Of a DNA stretch of 64,000 nucleotides, positions 12,850 through 26,329 are shown one piece after another. The notes under the pieces are model-generated. The model was not told where the DNA came from. It saw only the letters and a program-made list of their open reading frames with translations, and made no database searches. The position numbers were made by a program, and so were the translations under genes. The stretch is taken from NCBI GenBank assembly GCA_047967505.1, contig CM106538.1; one strand, given 5' to 3'. The stretch's first letter is position 1; each line of letters opens with the position of its first letter. The stretch is from Dipteris shenzhenensis (lineage: Eukaryota).

Positions 12850-14616
12850 GCTACTTGGTCTAGTATTTCATCTTGTAATGGCAAAGGAAAATGATACCTC
12901 TTAGTGCATGCATTCAAAGGACGAAAGTCCACACAAACCCGCAACTTATTTCCTTTCTTTAGTGTGACAACTACAGGAGATATCCATTCTGAATCATCAA
13001 TAGGAAAGATGAATCCCATTTCAAGTAGTTGTGTTACCTCTTTCTTTAGTGCCTCAGCTTGGATCACCCCCAATCACCTTAAGCGTTGCACAATTGGCTT
13101 GCTTTCTAGCTTCAAGTCAATCTTGTGCTCCACAAGAGAGACTGGTCAAACCTGTGAATCGCTTGTTAGCAAAGAGACATGGAAAATCATCTAACATATC
13201 CAGGTACTGGAGCTTTTCACTACTTGATAGAGAATCACCAAGAAGCTCTTCATTGCCTTTGGCGTCGTTTATTGTGCTCCACATCCTCCACATGAAGTGT
13301 CTCTATAGGATCTTCTTGTACCACCACCTTGTTCCCTCCTGACTCATCCCGATCAGCACCAAGATAAAGACCAAAAGCCACTCCTTCCACCTCACCCTCT
13401 GAGCTGGACTCCTTGGATCTACACCTTGTCTCTTCTTCTTCATCGGTTAACTCAAGGCTCAAACTCTCTGATGTTGAAGACTCCTCCTTGCCAACATCCT
13501 TTTTGCAACTTCTGATGTTGTAGTGCACCTTCTTATCATTTCCCTGCAAAATCAATCCTCTAGTATCCCACTTTTGAATAGCCTTCACCTTGCATAGCCA
13601 AGGCCTTCCCAAAATCAATGGATAGGCACATGCATCTAGCTTGATAGGGATCGCCTGAAAAGTAGTCGGCATAGAAATTCCACATACATCCACTTCTAGA
13701 TTCTTCACAACTCCCAAGGTCTTTACCCTAGTATTGTCAACCAATTTGATGCCATAAGGAGAGGTAGTACTAGAGTATTTTAAATAAGCATCTATCATGG
13801 TTGTCTCACTCATGACATTAATTGATGCACTTAAATCAATGTAAACATTAGAAATCACTTGACCATCAATGATCACATCAACCACAGATACATCATCACC
13901 AACATCTATATCTACCTTTTGAACAACAGGAATGGCACTTTTCTTCTTTTTCTTCTTTGACACTCTTGTGCTTGCTAGCTTTCCCCATTCTTTCCATAGT
14001 TTTGGAGACAAAGCAAGTAATTTACCAAAGGTGATATGAGCTTCCTTTTCTTTAAGGTCGACAACAAGTCATAACTTCCAATGCCTTGTCCTAAAAGAAA
14101 GTCTGACTGGCTAATTCTCCTTCTAGATGCCCTTTTTTTCTTAATACGGTGTTCCTCTTCCTAATGTTCCTTATACACTTCTTCCTTGCTTTCTTCTTCT
14201 TCTTTTGCTTTACCATGCCCCCGTTTAGCCATCATTACCTCTCTTTCCTCATCCCCTGAAGAAGCTTTGAATAAGGATACTTGTTTTTTGTCTTTCTTTC
14301 TCAATCTAGGACACTCGAATCAATAGTGACCTTTTTCATTACATTCATAGCAAGTGACCCCACTCTTATCTCGAGGCCTATCTTCACTCTTTGGTGCTCT
14401 ACATTGTCGTGCATTAACTAAATTCAATTTCAAATCAGCAAACTCTGCCATCAATTGGGAGATATTATGATCTAACTCAGAGGACTTTGGTACCTGAGGA
14501 GTGCCCATTACCTCCACCTTAGAAGTTGAAGCTGTTGAAAACACAAAAGAGGATTCAATCTTTAGAGAAGCTTCTTTCTTGGTAGCAATGCGAAGTGCCT
14601 CCACGTATGTTGTTGA
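12850..14616 (-). pseudogene. 5' part of the same Tat-like element: gag C-terminus with zinc knuckle, protease, RT N-terminus
   Basis: 14320-14604 ends CYECNEKGHY; 13250-14011 is protease-like (VYIDLSASINVM, LILGRPWL); 12810-13073 has WISPVVV...LRVCVDFRPLN. RT reads QDEILDQVA|GHEMYSL across the copia insertion, joined by TSD GCTAC. Confidence 0.85.
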
Positions 14617-15557
14617 TGTTGGGATATCTCAAGGTGTATGCCCCAGGTACACCTTGGTTTCTATGTGTGTGTGCTAGAGGCACAGTTAGGTGCCCATAAG
14701 CACTGTTAGGTGGTAGATGCCACATAGGATGATTGAGAGATTCTAGGAGCTGATTGAGGATATGATTGTGGAGCTCAGAGGTCATGTAAGAGGTGCCTAC
14801 ATATGGACCTCACCTTTCTTCATTCCATAATCAAGCATTCTCATTTTGTGTTCACGTCATGCTTTCCCTTTAGTTCCTCAACATGATATCAGAGCACTAT
14901 GATCCTCGTTGAGCCCATTTGTGCCACATCATCTTCTTCTTCTCCATCTTCTTCTTCTTCATCATCTTCACCATTTCTTCCCAAAACTTACTAGAGCTTG
15001 TTCTCCCTCGTTTTTCTACCATTTTGCAAATCCTTTGAGCTGGAGATACCCTTCATATGGGCAAACTTTCATGTGCAAGGAATTGAAGAAACATCATCAC
15101 TGCTGGTCGCCATTCCTCAAAGATCGTCAAAACTCCCTTCTACATATTCTCTATTTCTGCTCCACTTTTCTCTAATTCCTTTTAGGGGAAGCTTCTCCAT
15201 ACCTTGGACTATCTTGTGTTGATTTGAGCAGCAATGGTTGCATATTCGAGGAGAAAACGTGGAAAAACCAGTCGATCTTCAAGTTGCTAGCTATGGCGAT
15301 GTGACATGACATTTCACCCTTCCTCCTTAATGGCTCTTCTCTGGTATATGAGCTTTGTTTCTACTTAGAAAGCCCTATTTTCTTTGCTCTGAAGAAGGAG
15401 ATACAAGCCCTCCAAGTTCAAGCCTTTGTTTTGGACAGTTTTGACAAGGTTGTGAGTTTAATGCTACATTAGATGCTACTTTAGCATTTTTGATGTATTA
15501 AAGTGATGAATAGCTTCAGTACAACTATGGCTACAGATTTGCTTTAAGTTGCTACAC
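14617..15557 (+). mobile_element. Gag-only element E, 5' part (LTR 14617-14883, PBS, leader)
   Basis: LTR homologous to the reverse complement of the element C LTR; mutated PBS TGATATCAGAGC at 14884; leader homologous to C and F. Confidence 0.82.
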
Positions 15558-16756
15558 CTATGGTGCATGTGTGCATCTAGGGGAGTCACATGTGTGTTTG
15601 TGTGTGTTGTAAAGGCACATCAAGTGCTATGATGTGTCTAGTGTGTGACCTAAGTGATGATGTAAGACAAAGGAAATCCCACTAATGTAGGTATTGATTC
15701 CCACTGATGTTACTAGGGGCTGATTGCCACTATGTAGGGAAGGTATTACCTTCTCCCCCTTTCTATAAAAGAGAGTCTTCTCTCTCACAATCATAATAGA
15801 GATCTACCATATTGCTTTCATTGTGCTCTCACACCTCCTGCAAGATGCATCTATTCTATCCTACAGGATCCTACAAATGGTATCAAAGCTTTAGGTTCTA
15901 GATCTAGCCTAGCCTAGCATTAGATGCTATCCCTAGCATAAACTACAAGTTTCTTCATCTTCTCCATTTTCCTCCTTCTTCCCAAAATCTTTGAGAGCTC
16001 TGTTCTCTGCCTACAAACAACCATTGCCCAAACCCTCTGAGCTGCAAACTCCTCTTGTATGGGAAAACTTCCAGCTGCAAGCTTTTGGTGAAATTTCGAC
16101 TGTATGTGAAATGCCAACACTCACACTCCCTGATGCCTTTTCTTGCAATGCGACTTGCTAGAGCAGCCATTCCAAAATTCCTATGAGCCAAGCTTGCAAA
16201 ACAATATGAGCTAGCTCCTATCTAGATTTGAAGGGAAATGGTCCACCAGGAAGGGAGAAATGGCAAAAAAACCAGTCAACTTTCAAGCTGCTGGATATGG
16301 CGACTTGTTGTGGCATTTTGCCTCTCCTTGATGGTAGACCTTCTTTGGTATAAGGCCCTTCTTCTTGCATAAAAATCCCCTTAAATAGAGCTATGAGCTG
16401 TGAGAATTGCACCCTCTAAGTTCTGGTCTTTGTTTTGGACAGTTTTGACAATGTTGTGAGTTTGATGCTACATTAGATGCTACTTTAGCATTTCTGATGT
16501 TTTAAAGTGTTGAATAGCTTTAGTACAACTATGGCTAGAGCTTTGCTTTAAGTTGCTACACCTCAATTTGCTTGGAATGCTTTCATTTAGCCACCTCTAT
16601 GAAGCATGCAAGTGAAAGCATCATTTCCATTATGTTTTATAGTATGGAATTTGGTTACAAGCCTTTGCTACTCTAAATGCTTCTATTTTGAAGCTCTTCA
16701 ACTCTTTCTAGCCTTGTAAGAGAGTAGACACTGCCCATTTTGGGTTAGACCCTCTC

Positions 16757-17611
16757 ATCGCTACCATCTTGAATATGGATAAGTTCAATAGTAAAGGCTT
16801 TCACACATGGCAGATGAAGATTAAGTTTGCATTGATGAGGGAAAACCTTTGGGGGCTTGTCAAACCTGCTTCAACTACTTCTTCAACAGCCTCTAATGCT
16901 AGAGAATCCTCAGCTCTGACACATCCGGCAAGAGATCTTACTAGAGAGGAGAAAGCCTATGGCATGATTGCTCTTGGCTTAGGAGATGACTATATTAATC
17001 ACATTTCTAATTTAGAGTCTCCTTCTGAAGCTTGGCACAAGCTTGACATTATTTTTGGTGCTAGCTCTCACATCTCAAAATTTTCACTTAAGATTGCTTT
17101 CTTTGAATTGAAGATGGCTAGTGGCACTCCTTTGGCTGCCCATGTCAATTATATGCAGAGTTTCATGACTCAACTTGCTTCTATCAACTCTCCAATCACT
17201 ACAGATGATGCAATGGCAGTATTGCTCAAAAGTATGCCTGAAGATTATGATCATGTTGTTACCACTCTGAAAAATCTTCCTTATCCTACTCTTAAAGGTC
17301 TTATTACTGCTCTTTAAGAAGAAGAAAGGCACATGGAACTCCAGAGAGGCAATGACACAGCCTATCAGAGAGGCAATGACATAGCCTATGCCATAAAAAT
17401 TCAAAGGGGCAAGTTTTCACCTTGCAAACATTGTGGGAAGACTAATCACCTCTCAAAAAATTGCTTCAAGATCAATCCATGCAGACATTGTGGCAAAAAC
17501 AATCACCATGAAAAGTATTGTAGAGCCAAAAAGGAAGAAGCTACAAAGTCAGAAACTGCCAATCTACTTTCATTTGATGAGTCTCCACGTGATGAAGACT
17601 ATGCTTTTTAG
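16757..17611 (+). pseudogene. gag: gag of element F
   Basis: Closely similar to 5295-6125; start codon reads ATC; in-frame TAA at 17315-17317. Confidence 0.87.
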
Positions 17612-18719
17612 GCACTTTGTTCTTTTTGCTTATCATCACTTGGTCAAAATTTTGAGGTTCTTTGCCTGGAGTGGTACTCTAAAAAGAATATGACATGTAA
17701 ATCACCTCTAGTCACCATATGATGTAGATCATGTGATATGTGTTTTGACTATCCCATTTTTGTAAAAATCGCATCCTTGGGAACCCTTGCTAGCATGAGA
17801 TCCTAGCCATAGATTAATCCTTGACCACCATGAGATGGCATGAGAAACTATGAGACTAGATGAATCCTTGACACTACAAGAGGCAATCCCTTGAGGGGGG
17901 TTTGTTGGGGTAAGTATGATCAAGGGCTTGCTCTATGGTGCATGTGTGCATCTAGGAGAGTCACATGTGTGTTTGTGTGTGTTGTAAAGGCACATCAAGT
18001 GGTATGATGTGTCTAGTGTGTGACCTAAGTGATGATGTAAGATAAAGGCAATCCCACTGATGTAGGGATTGATTCCCACTAATGTAGGGGCTGATTGCCA
18101 CTATGTAGGGAAGGTATTACCTTCTCCCCCTTTCTATAAAAGAGAGTCTTCTGTCTCACAATCATAATAAACACACTATTCAAAAATTTTGGACTTTCTC
18201 TCTTGGTTTGGACTTTTTTTTGGAGCATATCTTCTCCACTCAACTTCACTTAGTGAGCTCAAAAATTGGGTTTTTTAGAGCACTAAATGTGTCACTTATA
18301 TACAAATATGGCCTTACTAAGCTAAAAAGTCAAGTGGTGACCTCTAATTTTTAAAAAAATGGCTTAGTGAAGCTATAATTCCCAAACTCGTGCATGGTGC
18401 CCCCATCCAATAACGAGAATAATAATAATAGTAGTCTCCTAACTCTAGTTCAATTTTAACACTATGAAGTGAAAATATGACACCATATGAAAAGAGTTTG
18501 TTGAATTCAACATATAAGTGGTGTATAGATACACCATTTTTTTGAAAAAAAAGAGTTTGTTGAATTCAATATATAAGTGGTGTATAGATATACCCTTTTT
18601 TTGAAAAACAAACCATACAATAAATTATCTTATTGGTGGTGTATAGATACACCATTTGTATGGAAAAAAGCATACAAAACATTATCTTATGCATCTGAAT
18701 CTCGTTCAGAGTCATCAAA

Positions 18720-21700
18720 TTCATGTAATGTATTTGCGCTTGATGGGTCGTCTTGCCAAATGATGCTTAATATGGACATGACTTGGATCAGGGATTGTGA
18801 TACATTTTTCAACATTGTATCCATGCTTCTTTTTAAAACTTCATGTCCTCGATTTCTAGTAATGAATAATGCTACTGACTTCCACCTCTATTAATCCCTC
18901 ATTATTTGGAACCCATTCACGTTTCTTTTGCAAGCATCCCTCATAGAGTTGTTTTATTGTATATCTTCTCGGGAGATTTTTCAATGGCTTTGGTTCATAC
19001 CATAAAGCTGTAAATGTTATAGGAGTTCCCTTGTCATGCCTTTCTATCTTAGAAACCTTTGCAACCCAAATTGGGCCACCTTGGTCATCCAACTCTGGAC
19101 CTGGATCAGATGCCCAAACTGCAACAAATAGTCCCTCTTCAATCTCATTAGATGGTATAAACTCTGGTAAGGGTTTGTCTCCCAACCTGCCACAATATTT
19201 TCGAGGTAGAAGGCATTCCTCTGCTTCCTCCATATCTACTAACATATTTATATCCAAAGGAAAACTTGGTGACCTAGCTTGTTCCGGCCAAAAGGATTCA
19301 TAGTATTCAATGCTCATTAAGTTTTCTTGTCTTTCTAAAGATTGGATAAGTGCTTCAGTTGATTTAATTGTCTCCAAATTCTTAGTTGATTGCTCTGGAT
19401 ATTTATGCATCATACTTTGAAGATGTTTAATGAAGGCTTTCAAGCCTTTCATTTCATCTATGTCAAGTGATTTGTTTTTTGCAAGAAAAAATCTAGTTTC
19501 CTCCAATGGAATTATTCGTTGTAATAAAGCATATGACTCACTTCATAAATGATCTCCATCTACTGAGTAGTGCTTCCATTGCATCACTGGAATATTGTTG
19601 TGCATGTGAAACCGAAAGTAGTGTGGATTTGTGTGTCCTATTAGGGCATCATCTCCTGTTTGTAAATGTGGCTCTATGAATGCTCTCCAATCTACCATCC
19701 TCTCTAAGATAGCCACTTCTGATTCTTCCCTGTGAGAACCTCCAATTTTTTTCCCAATTCGAAATAGCATATCCTCCATTGTCAAAACATCCATTGCCTT
19801 CAACTCACCAGAGATAACACTGAAGATTTGATCTATGTCTTCATGTGTATGGCCGACAAGAAGAAAGCCAACTTCCACTTCTTCAAATATTTTCAAACCA
19901 ACCTTTCTTATTACTTTCATGATTGATGTAACAACCTGGTTACTATCATGGTCATGCAAACTATCAATCCATACATCACAAAAGATTCGGTATCCATGTA
20001 CTAATACTCCACACAAGTGTGTTTTTAGTCCACGTTTGCCCTCCAATGCCGGTGGGATATGTCTATATCATGGCAAAGTGGTTGTATTCTGGTCCATGCC
20101 ATCAATGGTGATGCACATGGACTTATCGACATGCGAAATAGCTTCCTCTCTCCAAGAAGCATACAACTTTTGAGCATCCTGCACATGATGTTAATGGATT
20201 GATCACCATTTAATATATCTTCCTCACTGCTGCTCACATTTACTATGTTCAATGGCATTTTTTAATTCATCACATGTCTTACATTTTGACATCCTTTGCT
20301 TTGATGGTGTCTTAACATGGCAAAAATCTCTATGCCAAATTTTGTACAAGGTTGATCATGAAATCATGCTCTCGTCTCTGTCTTGTAAAGTTTTATTGAC
20401 AATTTCTAGGACGACCTTCTTTGTCATTCCCAAAGGAAGATGTTGTTGGCATTTGACATGTCCATCTAGCATTGTTTGTTGAAGATGCGGCTGTGGTAAT
20501 GCATGGTATTAAAGAACTTGCTTTAATGTTGTGGTTGCATTTATAGTGCTTCCATGGCATTTAACCTTGTAGGTATTTCCATAAATTGTATGAACCACTT
20601 TTTCTTTCACCTCTACCCAGATGGTCCAGTATGTGCCATGTGATAGTCTAGTTAACCATTGATATCCTTGATTGCAAATGGGTCTCCCATTAACCATGGG
20701 TTTCAATCTAGGTTTACAGTGTCTTGTGCTCAAATCTTGATTAGTGCCTTGATGAAGAAAGCATGAAAACTCTTGAAGAAGATAGTTATGTCTATTAGGT
20801 GTTGTCTTACTCCAAATTTTAAGACGTATGGCTGCACAATCATCTTTCCCAACTTTTCTAATGCAAAGTCTCTTGCAACAAACTTGCATAAGCATCCTTT
20901 CCATATTCTCCTCGGATAGCATTACATGTCTCTTTTGTTCTGGAATCGATGCCATGATTCTTCGCCTCTTCACACTCACATATTTTCTTTTTGTAAATAG
21001 TGTCTTGCATTTTCTAGTTGTAAGACCATCAAACCTCAAATCCATTTCCCTTGAATCTTCATCTTTATAATCAAATGCTGTGTGGGCTTGAGAATTATTT
21101 GATACCTTATAATATGTTGGAAATGGCAATCTGGTAGACATGTTCATTGATGTCAATTTGTTGCCAATGCCTCTTGAACTTTGTGGTTGAACTATTTCTC
21201 CTTCGTAACTCAAGATTCTCCCATCTATATTCTCTAGCATGCTATCAACAATATTACAAACAACATGACAAGTCTCAGATTCTCTGCCCCTTTTGCCTTG
21301 TGTTTGAGTGGTAACATCATGATCATTGTCACTAATATCATCAATTCTTGTTATTGCATCACTTATCCCATCGATCTTTGCATGTATTTTTTGTTGTGGT
21401 CCCATCTTATTATTCTCAACACAAGAGTTGTGGTCCCATCTTATTATTCTCAACACAAGACAAGTCTTCTATATCAGTAAGCATGTTTGAGTCACTTGCA
21501 ACACAAGACAAGTCTTCTATACCAGTAAGCATGTTTGAGTCACTTGCAACACAAGACAAGTCTTCTATACCAGTGAGCCTGTTCGAGTCACTTGCAACAC
21601 ATGACAAGTCTTCTATACCAGTGAGCCTGTTCGAGTCACTTGCAACACATGACAAGTCTTCTATACCAGTGAGCCTATTCGAGTCACTTGCAACACAAGA

Positions 21701-22387
21701 CAAGTCTTCTATACCAGTGAGTATATTTGAGTCACTTGCAACACAAGAAACCTTTTCTACATCAACATCTGTTACTATAATGTCCTCAATATCTGTGAGC
21801 GTGCCACTATGATACTCTTGATTACTACTATAGCTTCTTATCAATTTGGATCCCATTTGTGTTATAGTCTTTTTCTTCTGATAATATTTTGTTGTGTCTT
21901 CCATGACATTGAAGGAAACTGTCTTGGGCAAACTTGATTTCAAGAAAGCTAACCCCCATTTACAAGTACTATGAACTTGTAGTTGAGACGTAGTATTATG
22001 GACATCTAAATGTGAAGTACTATCCATTGCATTTTGAATGACACCTGCACTAATCAACTTAATTATCTCCACTATACAGAGAAAACTCTGAGCATAGCCC
22101 TTAAAGTTGCCAATTGCTAAAACTTCTCCAGAGCAAGATAACATCTCTACTTTTTCCCCCTCAAAATAAGTTTTCTTGATATCTTGAAAGTATGTCTTTG
22201 GAATAATTTTGTCTTGGTCCCAGAGTGTTTTGTGTGCTTGCATATCAAATATGTCACATTGTAAGATATCTCCCAATGTTTCAAAGTCTCCATGTGGATA
22301 TTTTAAATGTACTTCAGGATTTACAACATTGGTGATTATCACTACACATCTTCTCTCACCACAACATTGGAAATGACACACATTCAT
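18720..22387 (-). pseudogene. DDD-type transposase (Sola1/DUF7869-like), ~1200 codons when reconstructed
   Basis: One frame from 21456 to ~18720 with internal stops: STLYKIWHRDFCHV..RMSKCKTC, ITIDGMDQNTTTLP, THLCGVLVHG, GFLLVGHTHEDIDQIFS, HTNPHYFRF. The 5' part (21416-22387) is shifted by a 34-bp duplication. Confidence 0.8.
21451..21748. repeat. 48-bp coding tandem repeat, ~6 copies
   Basis: Encodes IEDLSCVASDSN(R/M/I)LTG repeats in ORF 21416-22387. Confidence 0.92.
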
Positions 22388-22584
22388 AGGATCAAGACTA
22401 TGAATTCATCCAAAAGCCACCACTTAATTCTTCTTATATAACACCACATCCATACCCTTTGTTAGGGTGAATACATGTTTTATGTAAAAAAATAGATTAG
22501 CAACTCAAAATGAACATAATAAATAATCATTGAGCTTATTATTACTTAATAACTTCTATATCAAAACTAGCAGAGAAGGCATTA

Positions 22585-22792
22585 AACCTAAACCCTACAT
22601 CCTAAACTTTAAATAATTAATACCAAACATCTTAACCGCCGTAAATCCTAAACTTTAAACATTTAATTCCTAAACCCTAAACCCTAAATCCTAAACTCCT
22701 AAACAATAAATCCTAAACCTTAAACCCTAAACTCTAAATCCTAAATCCTAAATCTTAAATCCTAAACCCTAAACCCTAAACCCTATCCCTAA
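22585..22792. repeat. Degenerate plant telomere-like (CCCTAAA)n tract
   Basis: AAACCCT and AAATCCT units. Confidence 0.9.
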
Positions 22793-23433
22793 AATGCAAC
22801 CAAAATTTAATGAATTTTTTAAATTTGTGCAACAGGTTGGATATATCCCCCAACCTGTTGCTTGAGCAATAGGTTGGGGGATATATCCAACCTGTTGCAC
22901 AAATCAAGAATTTTTCTTATTTGTGCAACAATTTGATATACAGTTGGGGAATATATCCAACCTATTGCACAACTCAAGTATTTTCTTGATTTGTGCAAGG
23001 TTGGATATACCCCCCAACCTGTTGCTCGAGCAATAGGTTGGGGGGTATATCCAACCTTTTCTTGACTTGTGCAACAGGTTGGATATACCCCTCAACTTGT
23101 TGCTCGAGCAATAGGTTGGGGTCACCCCAACCGAGGCCTGTTGTTGGATATATCCTCCAACCTATTGCTTGAGCAACAGGTTGGGGGGTATATCGAATCT
23201 ATTGCACAAATCAAGAAAATTCTCGATTTGTGCAACATGTTGGATATACCCCCCAACCTGTTGCTTGAGCAATAGGTTTGGGGGGTATATCCAACCTGTT
23301 GCACAAATCAAGAAAATTCCTTGATTTTTGCAATAGGTTGAGTGCACCATTAACCTATTTAACTTGCAATAGTTTGGGGGATATATCAAACCTATTGCAC
23401 AAATTGAAAAAAATCATTAAATTTTGATTGTAT
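22793..23433. repeat. Fold-back array of palindromic units (CCAACCTGTTGC-N4-GCAACAGGTTGG)
   Basis: Alternating inverted units; the two ends of the array are reverse complements of each other. Confidence 0.88.
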
Positions 23434-23710
23434 TTTAGGGTTAGGGTTAGTATTTAGGGTTAAGGATTTAAGGCTTAGGATTTAAGATTTAGTGTTTAGG
23501 GTTTTGGGTTTATGATTATGTTTTTAGGGTTTAGGGTTTAGGATTTAGGGTTTAGGGTTTAGCGTTTAGAATCTAGGGTTTAGGGTTTAGGATTTAGCAT
23601 TTAGGGTTTATGATTATTGTTTTAGGGTCTAGGATTTAGGATTTAGGTTTTAGGTTTTAGGGTTTAGTATATAAGATCATGAGCTTAGAGTCTAGAATCT
23701 AGGGTTTAGA
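23434..23710. repeat. Degenerate plant telomere-like (TTTAGGG)n tract; resumes at 24190-24320
   Basis: TTTAGGG and TTTAGGA units, opposite orientation to 22585-22792. Confidence 0.9.
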
Positions 23711-23734
23711 ATTGAAAATAAGGTTTCAAAATTT

Positions 23735-24181
23735 CCCGGGGGATTCACAGGGGGAAACTTATGATATCACGTGAGTGTACAGTAGGGGTTTTTTTTGAAA
23801 TGAGGCATAAGCTTATACATTAGGGGTGGGGGCCCTTTTTTTTTCCCCAATATTGAATTTAAGCTAGGGGGACCATGTCATATTTAAGAAGGGGGGACAT
23901 AATATAGGTTACCTTGGGTAACTAGTCCAAACAAGTTTGATTTTGTGTATGGTTTTAAATAGTCATAGGGAAAGTAACCTAAATTTGCTTATTGTGTAAT
24001 CTAAATGCTTGAGAGAGAATGTAGATTTAAGGAAAGGGGGGGACATAATGGAATTTTGGTGGTATCTTATAAGCTTAAATAGGGGTGTTTTATCATCCTA
24101 CGTGGATCTTAAATAGGGGGTTTTCTTGAAGTTCATGCACGCAGGTGACGTCCCCCTTTAATGAAGAGTGAATACCCCGGG
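23735..24181. mobile_element. MITE, 447 bp, 8-bp TSD
   Basis: TSD CAAAATTT at 23727-23734 and 24182-24189; TIRs CCCGGGGGATTCAC and CCCGGGGTATTCAC (13/14). Confidence 0.85.
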
Positions 24182-24412
24182 CAAAATTTAAGTTATAGGG
24201 GTTAGGGTTTAAGGTTTAGGGTTTAGGATTATAATTGTTATGTAAGTTTAAGAGCTTAGATTGTATAACCTAATATTTTAGGGAACTTTAAGATTTAAGA
24301 TTTAGGGTGTAAGATTTAAGGTATATAGACTATATAAAATATGCATTCCAAAGTATTTAGTTTAGATATATATAGACTATATGTTATATGCTTTCCAAAG
24401 TGTTTTGTTTAT

Positions 24413-24697
24413 AGGTACGATCCTTTGCAAAGGCTTTACTTTAAGTAAGTATAAGTCTACCTAGTCAAAGTATCCTACTGATTAGGGACAAGCACATAGG
24501 CTAAAAGCACACCGATTCATATTTTCTTACATTCATGCTGCATGGTGTATCAGAAGGTACGATCCTTTGCAAAGGCTTTACTTTAAGTAATTATAAGTCT
24601 ACCTAGTCAAAGTATCCTACTGATTAGGGACAAGTACATAGGCTAAAAGCACACCGATTCATATTTTCTTACATTCATGCTGCATGGTGTATCAGAA
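24413..24697. repeat. 142-bp tandem duplication
   Basis: Near-identical copies starting at 24413 and 24555. Confidence 0.92.
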
Positions 24698-25467
24698 GAA
24701 ATGAAAAAGTATGTGATAAGAAATATTCAAAAGAAATATGTATTCCATATCATGGATACCATGGATATCTGGTGGTTGCTAAAGTAAAAAAATGATATGG
24801 ATGCAATGATATTGTAGTTTTGTGCAAAGCAAAGTATTACACATAGTAACAAAGATAAGTAAGTATGCTAAACCTCTTCTAGATTCTATGGTTTTAAATA
24901 CCTACCTTACAAATACATTATCTAATTTTTCATTCTTCGACTAACTAACAAGTACTATACACATGGAAGAAAAGCATACATGCTAAAAGTAAGTGTGTAA
25001 ATTTTAATATTTTCTTATTTTTTAAATTAATTCAATTTTTTGATTGACTACTTTTTAAAATTGAAAGGTTATTAGTATATAATCTACATAATTTTTAATG
25101 TTATTAATGTATAATATTAATAATTTATATATTTATTTAAATTTATATAATAATTAATTTATATTTATATAAGTTTTTAAGTTAATAATGTATAGAATAG
25201 CAATATATTCACTAATTCTTCATTGTTTTAAGAATAAGTATTATATAAAGCACATATGCTAGAAGACTTTCCTTTCAAGTTATATTTTTTAATTAATGTA
25301 TTTATATATTTATTTATATAATAATTATATAATATTTATATTAATTTATAGATTAATAATATATATTTTTAGCAAAATTATATTTTAACATTAGTTAATA
25401 AAAATTTATTATATTATGGAGTAAAAATATTATAAATGGATTTCTTATATTAATAAAGTATCGTTAG

Positions 25468-25865
25468 AAGAGTTTTTTGGAGAGATTTATGATTAAATTT
25501 TGTTTTGAAGTTGTTGCGTATGCAATAGGTAGGGAGGTTGGAGTGGTTTTGGGGTTGAGAGAGAAATTTGTAATAGATTGTTTTTTTTTATTGAGGAGTT
25601 TTTTGGAGAGATTTATGATTAAATTTTGTTGAAGTTGTTGCGTATGCAATAGGTAGGGTTTGAGTGGTTTTGAGGTTGAGAGAGAAATTTGTAATAGATT
25701 GTTTTTTTTTTGTTGAGGAGTTTTTTGGAGAGATTTATGATTAAATTTTGTTTTGAAGTTGTTGCGTATGCAACAGGTAGCGAGGTTCGAGTGGTTTTGA
25801 GGTTGAGAGAGAAATTTGTAATACCTTTTTTTTTTTTGGGAAAAATTGTTGCGTGCCCAATAGGC
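25468..25865. repeat. ~120-bp tandem repeat, ~3 copies
   Basis: GAGTTTTTTGGAGAGATTTATGATTAAATTTTG...TTGCGTATGCAA repeated. Confidence 0.85.
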
Positions 25866-26329
25866 TAGGAGAGAAATTTCTGAAAATAGGTTGTGAGAGA
25901 TTGAGGTAAAGAGGAAAATTTGTGGGAAAAAAGATTTAATGCAAAAATGGTTTTTTGAAGTTGTTGCGTTCACACAAGTTTTGAGAAAAGAATCGGATTT
26001 GAAAAAAAATTCAAATTTACAAAAACTTGATTCTTAGAAGTTCTTGCGTATGCAATAGGTTAGAAATGAACTCACCTCTTGCAACATTTTGAAAATTTTT
26101 GAGAATCCTGCAACAGGTTGATGAGAGGAGAGAAGCGTGGAGTGTAAAAGAATGATCTTTGAATGAAAGAGAGAATGAAGAATGTTCTACTTATAGTGAG
26201 CCTAAAAGAACTAAAAAAAACTTAAAAACTAAAAAAGCTGAATTGACCTAAAAGCTACCCATTTCCTATAAAACTCTACTTCTCCTCATTCTCTCTCACA
26301 ACTTTCCTGGAGCTCCACCACCTCTCCAC

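Noticed and set aside
22793-23433. CRISPR-like array
   Set aside because: No unique spacers, units alternate in orientation, no cas genes, eukaryotic context.
22585-24320. True telomere or chromosome fusion site
   Set aside because: Short, degenerate and inside a transposon; orientation is opposite to an end-to-end fusion.
25464-25973. 169-aa ORF
   Set aside because: Translation of a 120-bp tandem repeat with homopolymer indels.
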